Below, piece after piece: positions 37,768 to 49,800 of a stretch of DNA of 63,464 nt (its first letter is position 1; every line of letters begins with the position of its first letter). The notes below the pieces were generated by a model. It did not search any database and was not told where the DNA came from. It saw nothing but the letters and a program-made list of their open reading frames with translations. The position numbers were made by a program, and so were the translations under genes. The stretch is from a virus (taxonomy: Duplodnaviria; Caudoviricetes): IMG/VR virus record IMGVR_UViG_3300031140_000003, positions 1 through 63,464 of that record; one strand, 5' to 3'.

Positions 37768-40601
37768 TGGCATATAACAATCTAAGATTTTTTGACAACG
37801 AGTCTAACGACTTAAATTTAATCTATAACTCTGAACTAGATTTATGGCAGGGTGTTTCATATCTTCCGGTTGTTTCTACTGGATTATACGAGACATTAAC
37901 TTTGCATATATTGGAAGAGGTTGAAGGACCTTTATTTGAGGAATTAAATACTACTCCAATTGCTGAAGCATCTGGGGATGTTTCTTTTAAATTCAAATTC
38001 AAAGATGATTATAATACAAGTACTGATATATTTTTATACAGTGCAAAGGCAGTTGCCGGAGAATTAAACATCCAAATAGATAAAGAACAAACACATAAAT
38101 TATTACCATCGACAACGAGTGGTTCAATATCAAATGGTAAGAAAGTATCAGCTGACAGTTTACTGGCACAACCTATTGTTGTCCAGGTTGCACTGTCTTC
38201 AAATGTTGAAGGTTTTCATATTAGAACACTAAGTGTGATTGAGGTTGTTAATGGTATTGAAACAAGAGAAATTGCTTCTATTAAGGTATATGGTGAAGTT
38301 GAAGGAGAAGATGAAAGATTAAGAGTACTTTTAACGAATATGGGTATGAATCTAGACGATTTAGACTATTATATCTTTAGAGATTCTAATATACAAGAAC
38401 AATCTCCTGATTATACAATATTAAACCAAAAACGTAAAGAGTTACTTTTACAAGCATCTCAAATCAAGCCATTTATAGGAACTTATAAGGCAATACTAAA
38501 TGCAATTGATTTCTTCGGATATGATAAAATAACTTTAAAGGAATATTGGTTAAACATCAATGAACAATCTGAGAATTTCGGAAAGCTAAAGGCTGTCGCA
38601 ATTCCAAATCAAGATGTCGTTGGATTTTTAGCAGATAAAAATAAAGGAAATGATTTACCTAATTCAAATCAAAAGAAGACATCTAGATTCTCTTTAGTTT
38701 ATAGATTGAATACTCCAACTGGATTACAGGATGAGTGGGATATTCCAACTGTTAAAGAGACTATTGACTATTCTCCAGATGAGGTTTTAATTAAATTATA
38801 CGGATTAAAAAAGAAATTACAAAAAGATTATTTACCATTACAAGCTAAAATTGTAGATATTACAGGTGAAGGGGATTACTTTTCTCAATTTAACCAGAAT
38901 GTATGGAATAATCAACATAATATTAAAGTACAAAATGCCGGAATAGAATTTAAAACTATTAAAGTGCCTGCGGAAAGAGATGTATTTATGGAAGATCTTC
39001 GTAAGGTTGATTACAGGCTTACTGGATTCGGACAAGATTTTAGTGCGTTATCTCAATCAGTTCGATTAGAGTTAATAGCGTCAATTGGTAATTTCTATAA
39101 AGAATATTATAACAATAATTTAGATACATTTAATACTATAGAAAATATTCCAATAGGAGCACCTGTATCTTTACATGCCGAAGGGTTAGAAGATTCATGG
39201 GATCTTGCTGATTTCACATGGTTAGATGCTGAAGATACGGAAGTATCTAACACGGTCCAGGGATTATCTAGTGATACAACTACGTCTGGGATTAGTAATC
39301 TTACCGAATATATAGAAGCTCATGATTTAACATTAAGTAATCTATTAACATGGAATAACTGGTGGCATAGGGGAGTATATGAAATTGAGTGGGTAATATC
39401 TGGTCCTAATAATTATGAAAAAGCATATAGAGGTCCTGTCTATGAATATACTAATTTCCCATTAACTTTACCGTTTGCTGGATCGTATACTATTGAAACG
39501 AATATGTATGATCTATATAATGTAAAAAGTACTAAGATTAATAAAGAGTGGATTGAAGTTAAAAACAAGAACGTTGAAGTTTATGGATTAACTCAATTAG
39601 CTCCTAAAAAATTAGACTGGAAAGATTATAAACATGCATGGAATTCAAGTGGATCTAGCTGGGACTGGTCTAGAGAGAATTTAATACCAGTTAATGATGT
39701 TATAAGTACTTATTATTTAACAATGGACCGTACTAATTATATTAATGATGAAGTTCATGTTGGTAAAGCACATTCAACTGTTAGAAGATTTTTAGATGCA
39801 TTGCAACCAGGTGGTTTTAATGAAACTCCAGGACCATATCAATGGGCGGATCTAAAAACACATGTTTGGGACGATGGTCCTGAAGTAACCTGGAAAATGA
39901 CAAGAGTCGGTGGAGATATTAATTCGTCATTTCAGATAAAGGTTGGAGGATATACTAATGGATATTCTCTGAAAGTTGAACAAATAAGTCCGTCAACTGG
40001 AGAGACATTAACAGATTCTTATACAATTAATAGTACATTCCCAATTAATGATGAGGATATTGCAGCGTGGGTTGGGGTTTCTAATGAATTATCAGGGCTT
40101 GATCCGATCGATCACCCTATATTAACTAAATTTAATTATAATCCTATTTTAGTAGATACCGATAATAACGAATCGACAGGTACAGGATCTCTTGGTGAAG
40201 ATAAATGTGTTTATATATTAGCAGTTGCAAAAGAAGCTGCTCGTAGTTATGATTTTAGTAATGTTTATTTTAGTAATATAGCAGGAGGTTCGATAGATGA
40301 AAAATTAAACTTCGTAAGTTATAACCCTGGTTTCGATGATACATATATAATAAATAATTTAGCTGAATTACATATGCTTAACCATGTTACATTTTCGTAT
40401 GATTTAACAAACATGCCGGGAATAGTTTCAGAACAATGGAGAGTAATTAATAATACGTTAAATATCGAAGATATATATTATAGTAATCCAATATTAACTT
40501 ATCTATTTAAAGAGAAGGGATATTACACAGTAGAGTTAGATTTATTGGACTCTAACGGAAATAAGAACACAATAACAAAAAATATTTTAAAAATAATTTA
40601 A
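37767..40601 (+). CDS. Large baseplate protein (gp7-like), PKD/Ig-like C-terminus
   Basis: IGTYKAI.NAIDFFGY; C-terminal YLF...GYYTVEL...D.NGN; position after gp6-like gene. Confidence 0.55.
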   Translation: MAYNNLRFFDNESNDLNLIYNSELDLWQGVSYLPVVSTGLYETLTLHILEEVEGPLFEELNTTPIAEASGDVSFKFKFKDDYNTSTDIFLYSAKAVAGELNIQIDKEQTHKLLPSTTSGSISNGKKVSADSLLAQPIVVQVALSSNVEGFHIRTLSVIEVVNGIETREIASIKVYGEVEGEDERLRVLLTNMGMNLDDLDYYIFRDSNIQEQSPDYTILNQKRKELLLQASQIKPFIGTYKAILNAIDFFGYDKITLKEYWLNINEQSENFGKLKAVAIPNQDVVGFLADKNKGNDLPNSNQKKTSRFSLVYRLNTPTGLQDEWDIPTVKETIDYSPDEVLIKLYGLKKKLQKDYLPLQAKIVDITGEGDYFSQFNQNVWNNQHNIKVQNAGIEFKTIKVPAERDVFMEDLRKVDYRLTGFGQDFSALSQSVRLELIASIGNFYKEYYNNNLDTFNTIENIPIGAPVSLHAEGLEDSWDLADFTWLDAEDTEVSNTVQGLSSDTTTSGISNLTEYIEAHDLTLSNLLTWNNWWHRGVYEIEWVISGPNNYEKAYRGPVYEYTNFPLTLPFAGSYTIETNMYDLYNVKSTKINKEWIEVKNKNVEVYGLTQLAPKKLDWKDYKHAWNSSGSSWDWSRENLIPVNDVISTYYLTMDRTNYINDEVHVGKAHSTVRRFLDALQPGGFNETPGPYQWADLKTHVWDDGPEVTWKMTRVGGDINSSFQIKVGGYTNGYSLKVEQISPSTGETLTDSYTINSTFPINDEDIAAWVGVSNELSGLDPIDHPILTKFNYNPILVDTDNNESTGTGSLGEDKCVYILAVAKEAARSYDFSNVYFSNIAGGSIDEKLNFVSYNPGFDDTYIINNLAELHMLNHVTFSYDLTNMPGIVSEQWRVINNTLNIEDIYYSNPILTYLFKEKGYYTVELDLLDSNGNKNTITKNILKII

Positions 40602-40602
40602 A

Positions 40603-41166
40603 ATGGCAAGTATCACAACAATTTTAGGAACAGATAGTTTATCTTCTTCAAGAATAGTAATTAACGATAATTTCGCAACGATCAATGATCAGGTTGCAGG
40701 AATCGCTAATCTATTAGATGTAAATACACAATCTTTAACGCTTACTGGCACTATGGGTGCATCTGGTTTAAGCATAGTAAATGGTGGAAATCCATCATTC
40801 ATAGTTAATGCATCTGACATCACAGCGTCTTTACCATTGACTGTAAACAAGTCTTTAATATTAGCAGGTGGAATGCAAGATTCTGTAGCTGCTGTATCGG
40901 CGATGCCATCGGCAAACTTATATGGAAAAACAACGTATGTCTTAGACTCAACCGTTTTAAATGGAGTTAATGTCATAGCATCGGGTAACAATGGTCAAAC
41001 AGTAACTTTCATCGCAAGTGGAGCTGCTGGTATTCAGATCAACTCGTCGAACATCGGCGGAGTTTCAGCTAATTTCACAATTGCTGATAACGGAACAATA
41101 ACACTTAGATATTTTAACGCAGTATGGTATGTGATTTCTCACGCCAACACTACTTTAACTTTCTAA
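40603..41166 (+). CDS. Virion structural protein (fibre/baseplate connector-like)
   Basis: DSLSSSR..IN.NF N-terminus resembles gp9/gp10-type starts. Confidence 0.5.
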   Translation: MASITTILGTDSLSSSRIVINDNFATINDQVAGIANLLDVNTQSLTLTGTMGASGLSIVNGGNPSFIVNASDITASLPLTVNKSLILAGGMQDSVAAVSAMPSANLYGKTTYVLDSTVLNGVNVIASGNNGQTVTFIASGAAGIQINSSNIGGVSANFTIADNGTITLRYFNAVWYVISHANTTLTF

Positions 41167-41183
41167 AAAAAATTAACAAATAA

Positions 41184-43148
41184 ATGGCTACACCATTAAT
41201 TAGAATTCCACAGGAACAAGGAGGTACTATGTATGCTTTTTCTAGCGCAGCTAGAGATCTTACACGTGCATACTATAATCCGGATATTGTTTTTGAATAT
41301 TCAAAATTCGCATTACTAGATATGCCAGTTGTTGCAGAGCCTTCAGCAGGAGCTACTAACAACTATATTCAATTCAGTAATTTATACGAAGGTGGTCCGG
41401 TTGCCGGAGGGGGATTAGCCCCAGCTTATAGTGATACTTCACCAGACGATAATGCCAATCGTCACTTTGCACAGTCGTTTCAAAACTATGCACTTAACTT
41501 AGAGAACTTTATTTTATCAGATGATGATTTTGACAACACGTTATATTCTTCAGATTCTGAAAAGATCTTTTTCAAATGGTTAAATCATATTGGAGCGTTT
41601 AGAACCAGAGCAGCTAATTCACAAGAAGTAGAATCTGGATTCAATAGATTAGTAGAAGAAGATGATTCAATACAAAATGGATCAGAATACAGCCAAGTAG
41701 TTAAATACTTAGGAAACGTAGATGTAACTAACGATAAAAATTATAATGGAGATACTTATAATGAAGTTTTTGTAAATGTACCATCTGCTGTTGGATATAC
41801 TCCAACTGTATTATTTAAGTCGTCAAATTACAATACAACAGCATCAACATATATCCCAACATCTTTTATTAACGGAAGAGAGGGACAAAATCATCCAGAT
41901 TCAAATATAAACTTACAATCTCTAGCGGATTCAAGTGATGGATCTATAGATATAAGCCCAAACGTATCTTATAACTATGGAATAGAGTGGAATTCTTCCA
42001 CATATTCTACTATTGTTAATGATAAAAAATTAAATAACCATTTAGATTATTCTAAAAGGGGTGGAGATTTTAGATTCAATGCAATATTAGTCTATTATGA
42101 TGTTTATTCTAAATCTAACCCTGGAAATAAATCAACAAACTTATATGGTGTTATCTTATTAGATAATTTCAAATACGATCCAGCAAGTACTGGGTGGTCT
42201 TTACCAGAATTAAGTAAATACAAACCAAACGAAGTAACTGGATTAAACGGGAATGCTTTCGCATTAAAACTAAACGTTAAATTTAATTCATCTTTAGATA
42301 ATGTAGGAATAGAATCTAATATCAATGATTATTCTACCTTCTCTATGGATATATTCTTTGATTCAACAAGTGCACTTGAGAACGCTGCTAAAGTTTTAGC
42401 AGAAGCAAGTCACAGATATACTGATCTATCTAATAGATTAAATGGATTAGAGAATTTATTATTAACTTCAGTTGAACAAACAGCGTTAGCTTCTAGAATA
42501 TCTAAAGTTGAATCGTCTCTTGAAAAAGCCTCTTTAAACTTTAAAGATGCAGGATCTATCTTAGATCTTATTTCTTCAACAAACGATAGATTAAACCAAG
42601 TTATTAACGGAACTATCCCAACTGAGATTCAATATAATACTGATGTTGTTAGTTCAGGAAATGGCGTTGCGATAGATAAGTCAACTCCCGGTAAGATCAA
42701 GGTAAATAATACTAATTATGGATATTATCTTAATAAAACCAATAGTTATGATTTTAATTCTAAGCAAGTATTAGGAGATATTAACGAAACTACTCCATGG
42801 AATCCTGCATTAGCATCTTCTGGTTTAGGAATTTGGACAAGAATAAAGAAATATGATAACTTAATTAGAATATATTTAAATGAAACTGAGACGTTCTCTA
42901 GTGATTTAGATATATACTTAGATGATAGTGTTACACCTTTTAAATTAGGACAAGTGGTTAAATTAACCTTTAAAAATTCTATATTAAATTTAGATAACAA
43001 CGGAATCAATATATACGTAAGTGAAAATAACAAATGGGTACTTAAGAATTCGATTAACGCCGGAGAGATACTAAGTAAAAAACCATATGTTGAATTAATT
43101 TGCGTTGACGAAACAAACAAGACATTCGAACTTGAAATTATAAGATAA
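41184..43148 (+). CDS. Virion structural protein
   Basis: Long ORF in the structural operon; central coiled coil. Confidence 0.55.
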   Translation: MATPLIRIPQEQGGTMYAFSSAARDLTRAYYNPDIVFEYSKFALLDMPVVAEPSAGATNNYIQFSNLYEGGPVAGGGLAPAYSDTSPDDNANRHFAQSFQNYALNLENFILSDDDFDNTLYSSDSEKIFFKWLNHIGAFRTRAANSQEVESGFNRLVEEDDSIQNGSEYSQVVKYLGNVDVTNDKNYNGDTYNEVFVNVPSAVGYTPTVLFKSSNYNTTASTYIPTSFINGREGQNHPDSNINLQSLADSSDGSIDISPNVSYNYGIEWNSSTYSTIVNDKKLNNHLDYSKRGGDFRFNAILVYYDVYSKSNPGNKSTNLYGVILLDNFKYDPASTGWSLPELSKYKPNEVTGLNGNAFALKLNVKFNSSLDNVGIESNINDYSTFSMDIFFDSTSALENAAKVLAEASHRYTDLSNRLNGLENLLLTSVEQTALASRISKVESSLEKASLNFKDAGSILDLISSTNDRLNQVINGTIPTEIQYNTDVVSSGNGVAIDKSTPGKIKVNNTNYGYYLNKTNSYDFNSKQVLGDINETTPWNPALASSGLGIWTRIKKYDNLIRIYLNETETFSSDLDIYLDDSVTPFKLGQVVKLTFKNSILNLDNNGINIYVSENNKWVLKNSINAGEILSKKPYVELICVDETNKTFELEIIR

Positions 43149-43150
43149 TT

Positions 43151-46100
43151 ATGAGTGCACACAATTCAATATCACAATTACTTGAACAGTTTCTAGAATT
43201 AAACACTAATTCACTAGAAACTTTCAATCGTATTAATGAAGCGATCTCAACTGACAAAGAAACAGTTACAGTAGATTTATGGGACCCTAATAGTGAGGGT
43301 GTTAAATCTGTACAAATACCTGCATTTGGTTATTTAAAGAGAGAAATTGAAAGACTAAATACTAATTTAGAATCTATTACTGGTGTTGAAGGTAATGGAG
43401 CAAACGTTAGGTTAAAGGATGGATCGTTTAGAAAATTACACACGTCTAGGCTTAAAGGTCCTTCTAAACCAATCACAAATTTAGCAGCACCTACTCAATT
43501 TAATACAAAATTGAATGCATTTTTCGAAAACTTTTTAAATCCACTATTAACTATTAAGTTAGATGTAAGTGGACAACTTCCTGTTGAAACTGAAAGAGTT
43601 TATATTGAGAGATTTATATTTGACTCAAAGGATGCTGCAACAGTAGATCAATTTGATGAGTTATATAAAGGAGAAAGTGAAATTAAATACAAAGCAATTC
43701 AAAATGCAATTACTGAAAATAAATTAAAATATTATTTAGATTCAGAAGTTATTGAAATGCCAATAAGAACAATACAATATTACGGAGACTTTGATATCAC
43801 TAAAATATCTAATGAACAGAAGTCACAGGTTGTTGATGGCGCAACTCAAACCAAAACTATTAAGTTATTCACTCTAAATAAACTGACGTTCTCAGACGCT
43901 TCTAAAACGCTTCTAGATACTGAAGTTTTAAAGGTTGGAGAATCATTAGTTATTAACTCTGGGGAATTAAGAACTAGATATATTATTAAATCAATAGATA
44001 ATTCAACATCACAGATTGAGTTAGAATTAATTGAAGGATTTGAATCTATTAAGATAGGTTCTAAAATGCTATCAATATACAAAGATTTAGATACAGACTT
44101 AGATGTTGAAATAAACATTGGATTTGATGAAAGACAAGTTGTCTTTATTAAACCAATTGATCCAGCATCAAATATACCTTCAAATGAATATTCTCCTGGG
44201 ATAGGATTTTATTCAAATGAATTACAAATACCAGGATCAGACGGAACAATACAAAGCTTATCTTCTTATTATAAAGAAGAAGTTGCAGATTTCGGGCAGT
44301 TCATTAAAGGATTTAATGTTGATTATATTCCACCGGCAGCAGTTGGTGTAGTACCTGCAACTCCTGTAGTAATTACTGGTAATTTAAAGGTTGTACAAAT
44401 AAATAAACATTTAACAGATAATACAACAACGACTAAGATTAAACAACTTAAGTCTGATAAAGTAGCAGCTGAGCAAAGCCTATCTAATACTAGTGAGGCA
44501 ATTAAAGCTAAAAAATCTTTATTAAACACTAAGAAGTTTAAATCTAAAGTTGAAAGAAATAAACAATATAACGAATTCAAATCTCTTGTTAATGAGAGAG
44601 TATCTGAATCTAAGCTATATTCATCTATAGTATCTGAGATTAAAGCTTCTGCTGAATCTACCGATATTGTAGCAGTTACTCCAAAATTTAGAGTTAGAGG
44701 ATTCTGGTCAATTCCAGAACCTAAAACAATAGGAGATGAAGTTTCACAAGAGGTAGTTCAGTTTAAAATAAGATATAGATACGTATCGACTTCTGGTAAA
44801 ACTAGTCAAGTTGAACAGATCGGATTTACAGATTCTGCAAACCAAACAACAAAAACTGCTGCCTTTTCAAATTGGACAGAGTTTAATGGTCCTGTTAGAA
44901 AAAGAGAATTAAATGAGGATGGAAAATATTCTTGGATTATTGAAAGCGAAGAAGATGCACAAGCAGTTAACTTCAATTCATTAGATATTCCAATCAGTTC
45001 AGGTGAAATCGTAGAGATTATGGTTCAATCTGTTTCTGAAGCTGGATATCCATCTAATCCATTAACAAGTGATTGGTCAGAGATTATTAAAGTTGAATTT
45101 CCAGAAGGAGAACTTTCAACAGATTCAATATCTGGTTTAATTACTCAAAACGAATTAGATAATTTAAAAGTTACATTAAAAGAAGATTTAGAAGCTGCTG
45201 GTATATTCGATCACGTTGGAGATTCATTCACAGTGAATGAAAAACACTTTGCACATAACGCTGCGGCAGTTGCATCTGGTTTCTTAACTGGAGAGCAGAA
45301 TCCTATTTCAGTATATGATAAGCTTTTGGAACTTCAAAACGAAGTACAAAGATTAAGAGCAGAAATTGACGGAACAATTGGAGATCTATTAATACAGATA
45401 ATAGATGAGGACGGTAACGTTACACAAGTAACCAACAATAGTACTGTTAAAGTATTTGGAGGATTTTATGTTGATGAAATTCCTGCAGAAAATTACAAAG
45501 GATTTATTGTAACTAAGAACTTTAAAATAAGATTAACAAATTCGCAAGCCTCAGATTTAGAGTTAATTGCTAGAATATTAGGAGATGTTGAGAAACCAGT
45601 GCCTTCTTCAAGTGATAGTACTTTATTTGGATTAAGAACAGGGGTTATTGATAATGCGGTTGCTGGAGATAATTACTACACAACAGAGGGTAATTATGAT
45701 AAAGTACCTGTTGTTTATCAGAATTTAGATTCGATAGACTTATTAGCACATAATTATTTTAATGAGAGTCCATTACAATCAACTCAATTGAAAGGTCAAT
45801 TTATCTATTCAAGATATATGAATCTAGCAAATGATAGAGGATTATATTTAAGAAGTACTGACGGAACTGACGGAGATATTGATGCTCAAGATTTATCTGG
45901 ATTCGATACATATGAATACGGAATTTCTACAGCATATCAATTAACAGGGATAAATACAACCGATTCAAATAAAATCTTTACAGATGCATTGCAACCAGGT
46001 AGAACGCCAGATGGCAATGTTAATGAAGATTTCATATGGAATGGACATAAGGATGCTGTAGTTAATGATAATTTCACACCAACATCAACTGGATTACTTA

Positions 46101-46810
46101 AGTTAAATACAGTAACGTCTGTAATATATGACGATAGTATATTAATGCATATTGATCATCCTTTAGCATCTTCAGGCCTTACGGCTCTTGAAATAGCTTC
46201 TAATGGTTATATTAGTATGCCTAAGACGGCTCCTAGAAGAGCTTCTGATTTATTCGGTAAACAACAAACTCCTTTTAGAACAGTATCTACTTTAAATAGT
46301 GCAGGTATTGTTGCTGATAGAACATCATTAAAGAATTCATTTGAACCTAATGATCAATATCTACTTGGTGCAAAGTCATGTGGATCTTTCTTATACATTT
46401 CTCCTCTTAGCAAGGAATCAATAGTGGTTGACGCAAGTAATAAAAGAGGTAAGAAGATTGTTCCTGGTAGTAGTAAGAATTCAATAGTAATGGATTTAGT
46501 TTTTCAATATAGAATGACAGATTATTATGGAGTTGGATCTACTGGATCTGGTAAAGTAGGAGGAGTTACTGGTAATACATTTGGGAACTTAACTTATTCT
46601 AAGAAAATTGGAATTGATGTTATAGATTCAAATGCAAACGACTTCCAATTCGATATCGAAGTATATTCTAAGTATAAAGCAACTGGTAAAAACGTAAATG
46701 CTATCACATCATCTATGTTGTCTAATTATAACTCATCACATAAATACCACTTCGACGGTAAGCCCGTAGATTTTACAATACCAAATATAACGGAGACTTA
46801 TATACAGTAG
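43151..46810 (+). CDS. Large virion structural protein
   Basis: 1219-aa ORF in the structural operon. Confidence 0.55.
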   Translation: MSAHNSISQLLEQFLELNTNSLETFNRINEAISTDKETVTVDLWDPNSEGVKSVQIPAFGYLKREIERLNTNLESITGVEGNGANVRLKDGSFRKLHTSRLKGPSKPITNLAAPTQFNTKLNAFFENFLNPLLTIKLDVSGQLPVETERVYIERFIFDSKDAATVDQFDELYKGESEIKYKAIQNAITENKLKYYLDSEVIEMPIRTIQYYGDFDITKISNEQKSQVVDGATQTKTIKLFTLNKLTFSDASKTLLDTEVLKVGESLVINSGELRTRYIIKSIDNSTSQIELELIEGFESIKIGSKMLSIYKDLDTDLDVEINIGFDERQVVFIKPIDPASNIPSNEYSPGIGFYSNELQIPGSDGTIQSLSSYYKEEVADFGQFIKGFNVDYIPPAAVGVVPATPVVITGNLKVVQINKHLTDNTTTTKIKQLKSDKVAAEQSLSNTSEAIKAKKSLLNTKKFKSKVERNKQYNEFKSLVNERVSESKLYSSIVSEIKASAESTDIVAVTPKFRVRGFWSIPEPKTIGDEVSQEVVQFKIRYRYVSTSGKTSQVEQIGFTDSANQTTKTAAFSNWTEFNGPVRKRELNEDGKYSWIIESEEDAQAVNFNSLDIPISSGEIVEIMVQSVSEAGYPSNPLTSDWSEIIKVEFPEGELSTDSISGLITQNELDNLKVTLKEDLEAAGIFDHVGDSFTVNEKHFAHNAAAVASGFLTGEQNPISVYDKLLELQNEVQRLRAEIDGTIGDLLIQIIDEDGNVTQVTNNSTVKVFGGFYVDEIPAENYKGFIVTKNFKIRLTNSQASDLELIARILGDVEKPVPSSSDSTLFGLRTGVIDNAVAGDNYYTTEGNYDKVPVVYQNLDSIDLLAHNYFNESPLQSTQLKGQFIYSRYMNLANDRGLYLRSTDGTDGDIDAQDLSGFDTYEYGISTAYQLTGINTTDSNKIFTDALQPGRTPDGNVNEDFIWNGHKDAVVNDNFTPTSTGLLKLNTVTSVIYDDSILMHIDHPLASSGLTALEIASNGYISMPKTAPRRASDLFGKQQTPFRTVSTLNSAGIVADRTSLKNSFEPNDQYLLGAKSCGSFLYISPLSKESIVVDASNKRGKKIVPGSSKNSIVMDLVFQYRMTDYYGVGSTGSGKVGGVTGNTFGNLTYSKKIGIDVIDSNANDFQFDIEVYSKYKATGKNVNAITSSMLSNYNSSHKYHFDGKPVDFTIPNITETYIQ

Positions 46811-46816
46811 CAGATA

Positions 46817-46863
46817 GGAGCCTCTTAAAATTATGATATATAATTTAACTAAAAAGAGGTCCC
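46817..46863 (+). promoter_or_regulatory. Inverted repeat enclosing GATATATA and pairing an SD-like AAGAGG
   Basis: CCTCTT (46821-46826) pairs AAGAGG (46854-46859); AAATTAT pairs ATAATTT. Confidence 0.55.
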
Positions 46864-46867
46864 ATAG

Positions 46868-49800
46868 ATGGCTATAAATTTCAACATACAAAACACCGAA
46901 GATAATTCTTCATTTGCAATATTAAGAACGAATCCTAAATTAACTAGTAATTTAAAGTTAGTTGTGGATTCGGTCGATAATATATTCATGAGTTCTTTCA
47001 AAGCAAGTAAACTGCTTTCAAAGGTAGAATATCAGAAGCTTAACATTTCAGCCGATGGTACTTATTCGAATGACGTTGCTAGGTTTTTCAAAGGAGCACC
47101 TAAGAATGAAAGATTTCAAACATTAAGAAAATACTCAGACATTACTCCATATTCAGAATACTCGTACCAATATGAGAATGAATACAACTACGGCGCAAGT
47201 TTTAATGCTACTAAGTTATACGACGAACAATACAAGATATTCGCTCCAATATGGCTAGATAGAAGAATTCCTAGGAAATTCGTAGTATATCGAGTATTAG
47301 ATGTAGATTACAAAACAAAATACGAGGAAAATACAAACGGTCAAAATTCTAGAATATTAGATTTACTAGAATATGCAGCTATTGTTAAAACATTCGACCT
47401 TACACCAAAAAGTAACATAGGTAAATATCTAGACAGACATGTCTTTGATAAAGGAATGCCTAGTTCTGTAATAGACTTTAATTTTGCTGAATCAGGTTCA
47501 ATACAATATAAAGGTATTGATACTAGTAAAGGGGGTTTTGCTTCAAAGAAAGATTATATTGCAGAGGACTACATACAGAAAGATAATTTAGAGATAGATT
47601 CAAATGAATTAATAACTCAAGGATTTGAAAGACATGGTCTTATTTCTGCAAATTTAGTTAACATGGAATTTATGTTTGACGATTCGTCAGCAGATAACTA
47701 TGAAATTTACAGATACTTTGGATTATACGTAGATGTCGTAGAGGAAGGATCTTTTGATATAGATACAGTTTCGACGGACGGCATCATTAGTATTAAACCT
47801 AATACCATGACCTCAGTATACGACGTTGCACCAGTAGGACTTACTCACGAAGATATGTTACCAAGAACATCTGACCTAAAGTTACCTATACTTTCTTATA
47901 TTAACCTAGGTGGTGACAATTTTCTACATATTAAAAACAACACGTACGCTTCTGGATTAAAGTTATCAATATCTGGCATAGATCCTTTAGTAGATACTAA
48001 TGCATTCATAAAATCAGATAATAAAGTTAATGCACTTTCTAAAAAAACATCAAACAAAGGATTTATAAAGGTTGAAGTGGTTGCAAAACCAAACAACAAT
48101 GATAGATTTTATATTGGAGACAAAACAGAAATAGAAATAGAATCATATAGTTTGTATGATTTCACTTTAATAGCGGATGATTCTTTAGGTAAGGGTACGT
48201 TTGTTGGGAATAAATTCTCATCAGCAGGTACTTTGAATCAGATTGCAATCGCTATAAGTAAATTAATAGAAAATAAAACAACATATAAGGTATATCAAAA
48301 AGATGCGACATTCTCTATAGAGGATTATGCAGATGGCGATAATAGGAAGAGAATGTCGTTTGGAGTATACAATTCAAATAATAATTCATTCTTAAAGATA
48401 ATCACAGGGGATTTAGATAATATTGGTTTATTAAACCAAAATATTGTTATTCCATTGACGTCAAACACAGACTTTACACAATGGACTATGTATACTGCAA
48501 CAGGGGGTTCCTCTATCGGAGCATCATTCCTTGTGCCAATTAATGAACTAGGATATATTAAAGTAGGTCAATATATAAAACACAAAGATCTTAGCATATA
48601 TTCTAAAATAACTAATATAATAACAGAACACTCTGATCCAGATGTATATCGAATTATCATTGAAAAACAATTCGAAGCACCTGCCGATATGGTTATTCAA
48701 TTGTATGATAAACTTAGACCCTCATTTGGTAAATTCTCAGCATATGATCTTAAAGATTTCGATTTCGATTTCTATAATACGTCAAATTCTAATATATCAG
48801 AGTTGAATCACGAGGATGATCCCTCTTATTTTACAGGATTATCCCCGGTATTATTTCAAGAAGATCCAGATGACATATATACTGCAATAGATATTATGTC
48901 AGAATATGACAGATTAAGTGAAAATAAATTAAAAGAAACTTCATTAAAAAGTAGAATAACTCCTACTGTTTTAAAATATGCAATGAAGAATGGTACAAAC
49001 GCGAGAAATCTTCCATATATCTTAAATATGAACGAGGCATTCGGACCTAATAACCTTTCTCCAGAAATTCAATTAGAATCTGGCAGAAACGTAGATCATT
49101 TAAATATGGAACACTTCCATTTTAATCAAATACCTATGAAATACTATGATGATAATAAATTAAATGATTTATCGTCATATACTAGTTTCACATCAACTGA
49201 CGGTATATCGATAAAGCAATTAAAATCAACAGATATTGATTATTTCAGTCTATATTTTAAATGGAATGGAGTATATAATGATCAAACGTCGGAATGGGTG
49301 GATGATAAATTCAAAAAACTATATACTAAATTAGACAATGGAACTAGTGAACTAGAACCGAGCACTCTTTTTAGAGGGTTAAGATATATTTATAAAAAAA
49401 GAAAGGAGTTTGAAAAAACAGCCCCTACTTCTTTTACAAAAACAACCGAAACTAATTCATATAAATTTGGTGTAACTTTAAACTATAATACGGGGTCTAA
49501 TATCAACTCAGTATCATACAATGTTGTTAAAAATGACATACATAAATTTATATGTGTTGTTATAGATTTAAATGTAAAGCAAAATGACGTAGTGTCTATT
49601 GATAGAACATTCATGTATAATGCTACTGATATTATATTAAATAATAATGTTATTGATACGGAGATTCCTTTCAATATTGATATGTCTACTCCGATGTTTG
49701 GGTCAGCAGATCAAATACCATTAAATGCCGATCAGATTTCTATAATTGATAAATCTGCGGATTTTATTAATAATATAACCAGAAATGCTGAAGGAGATTA

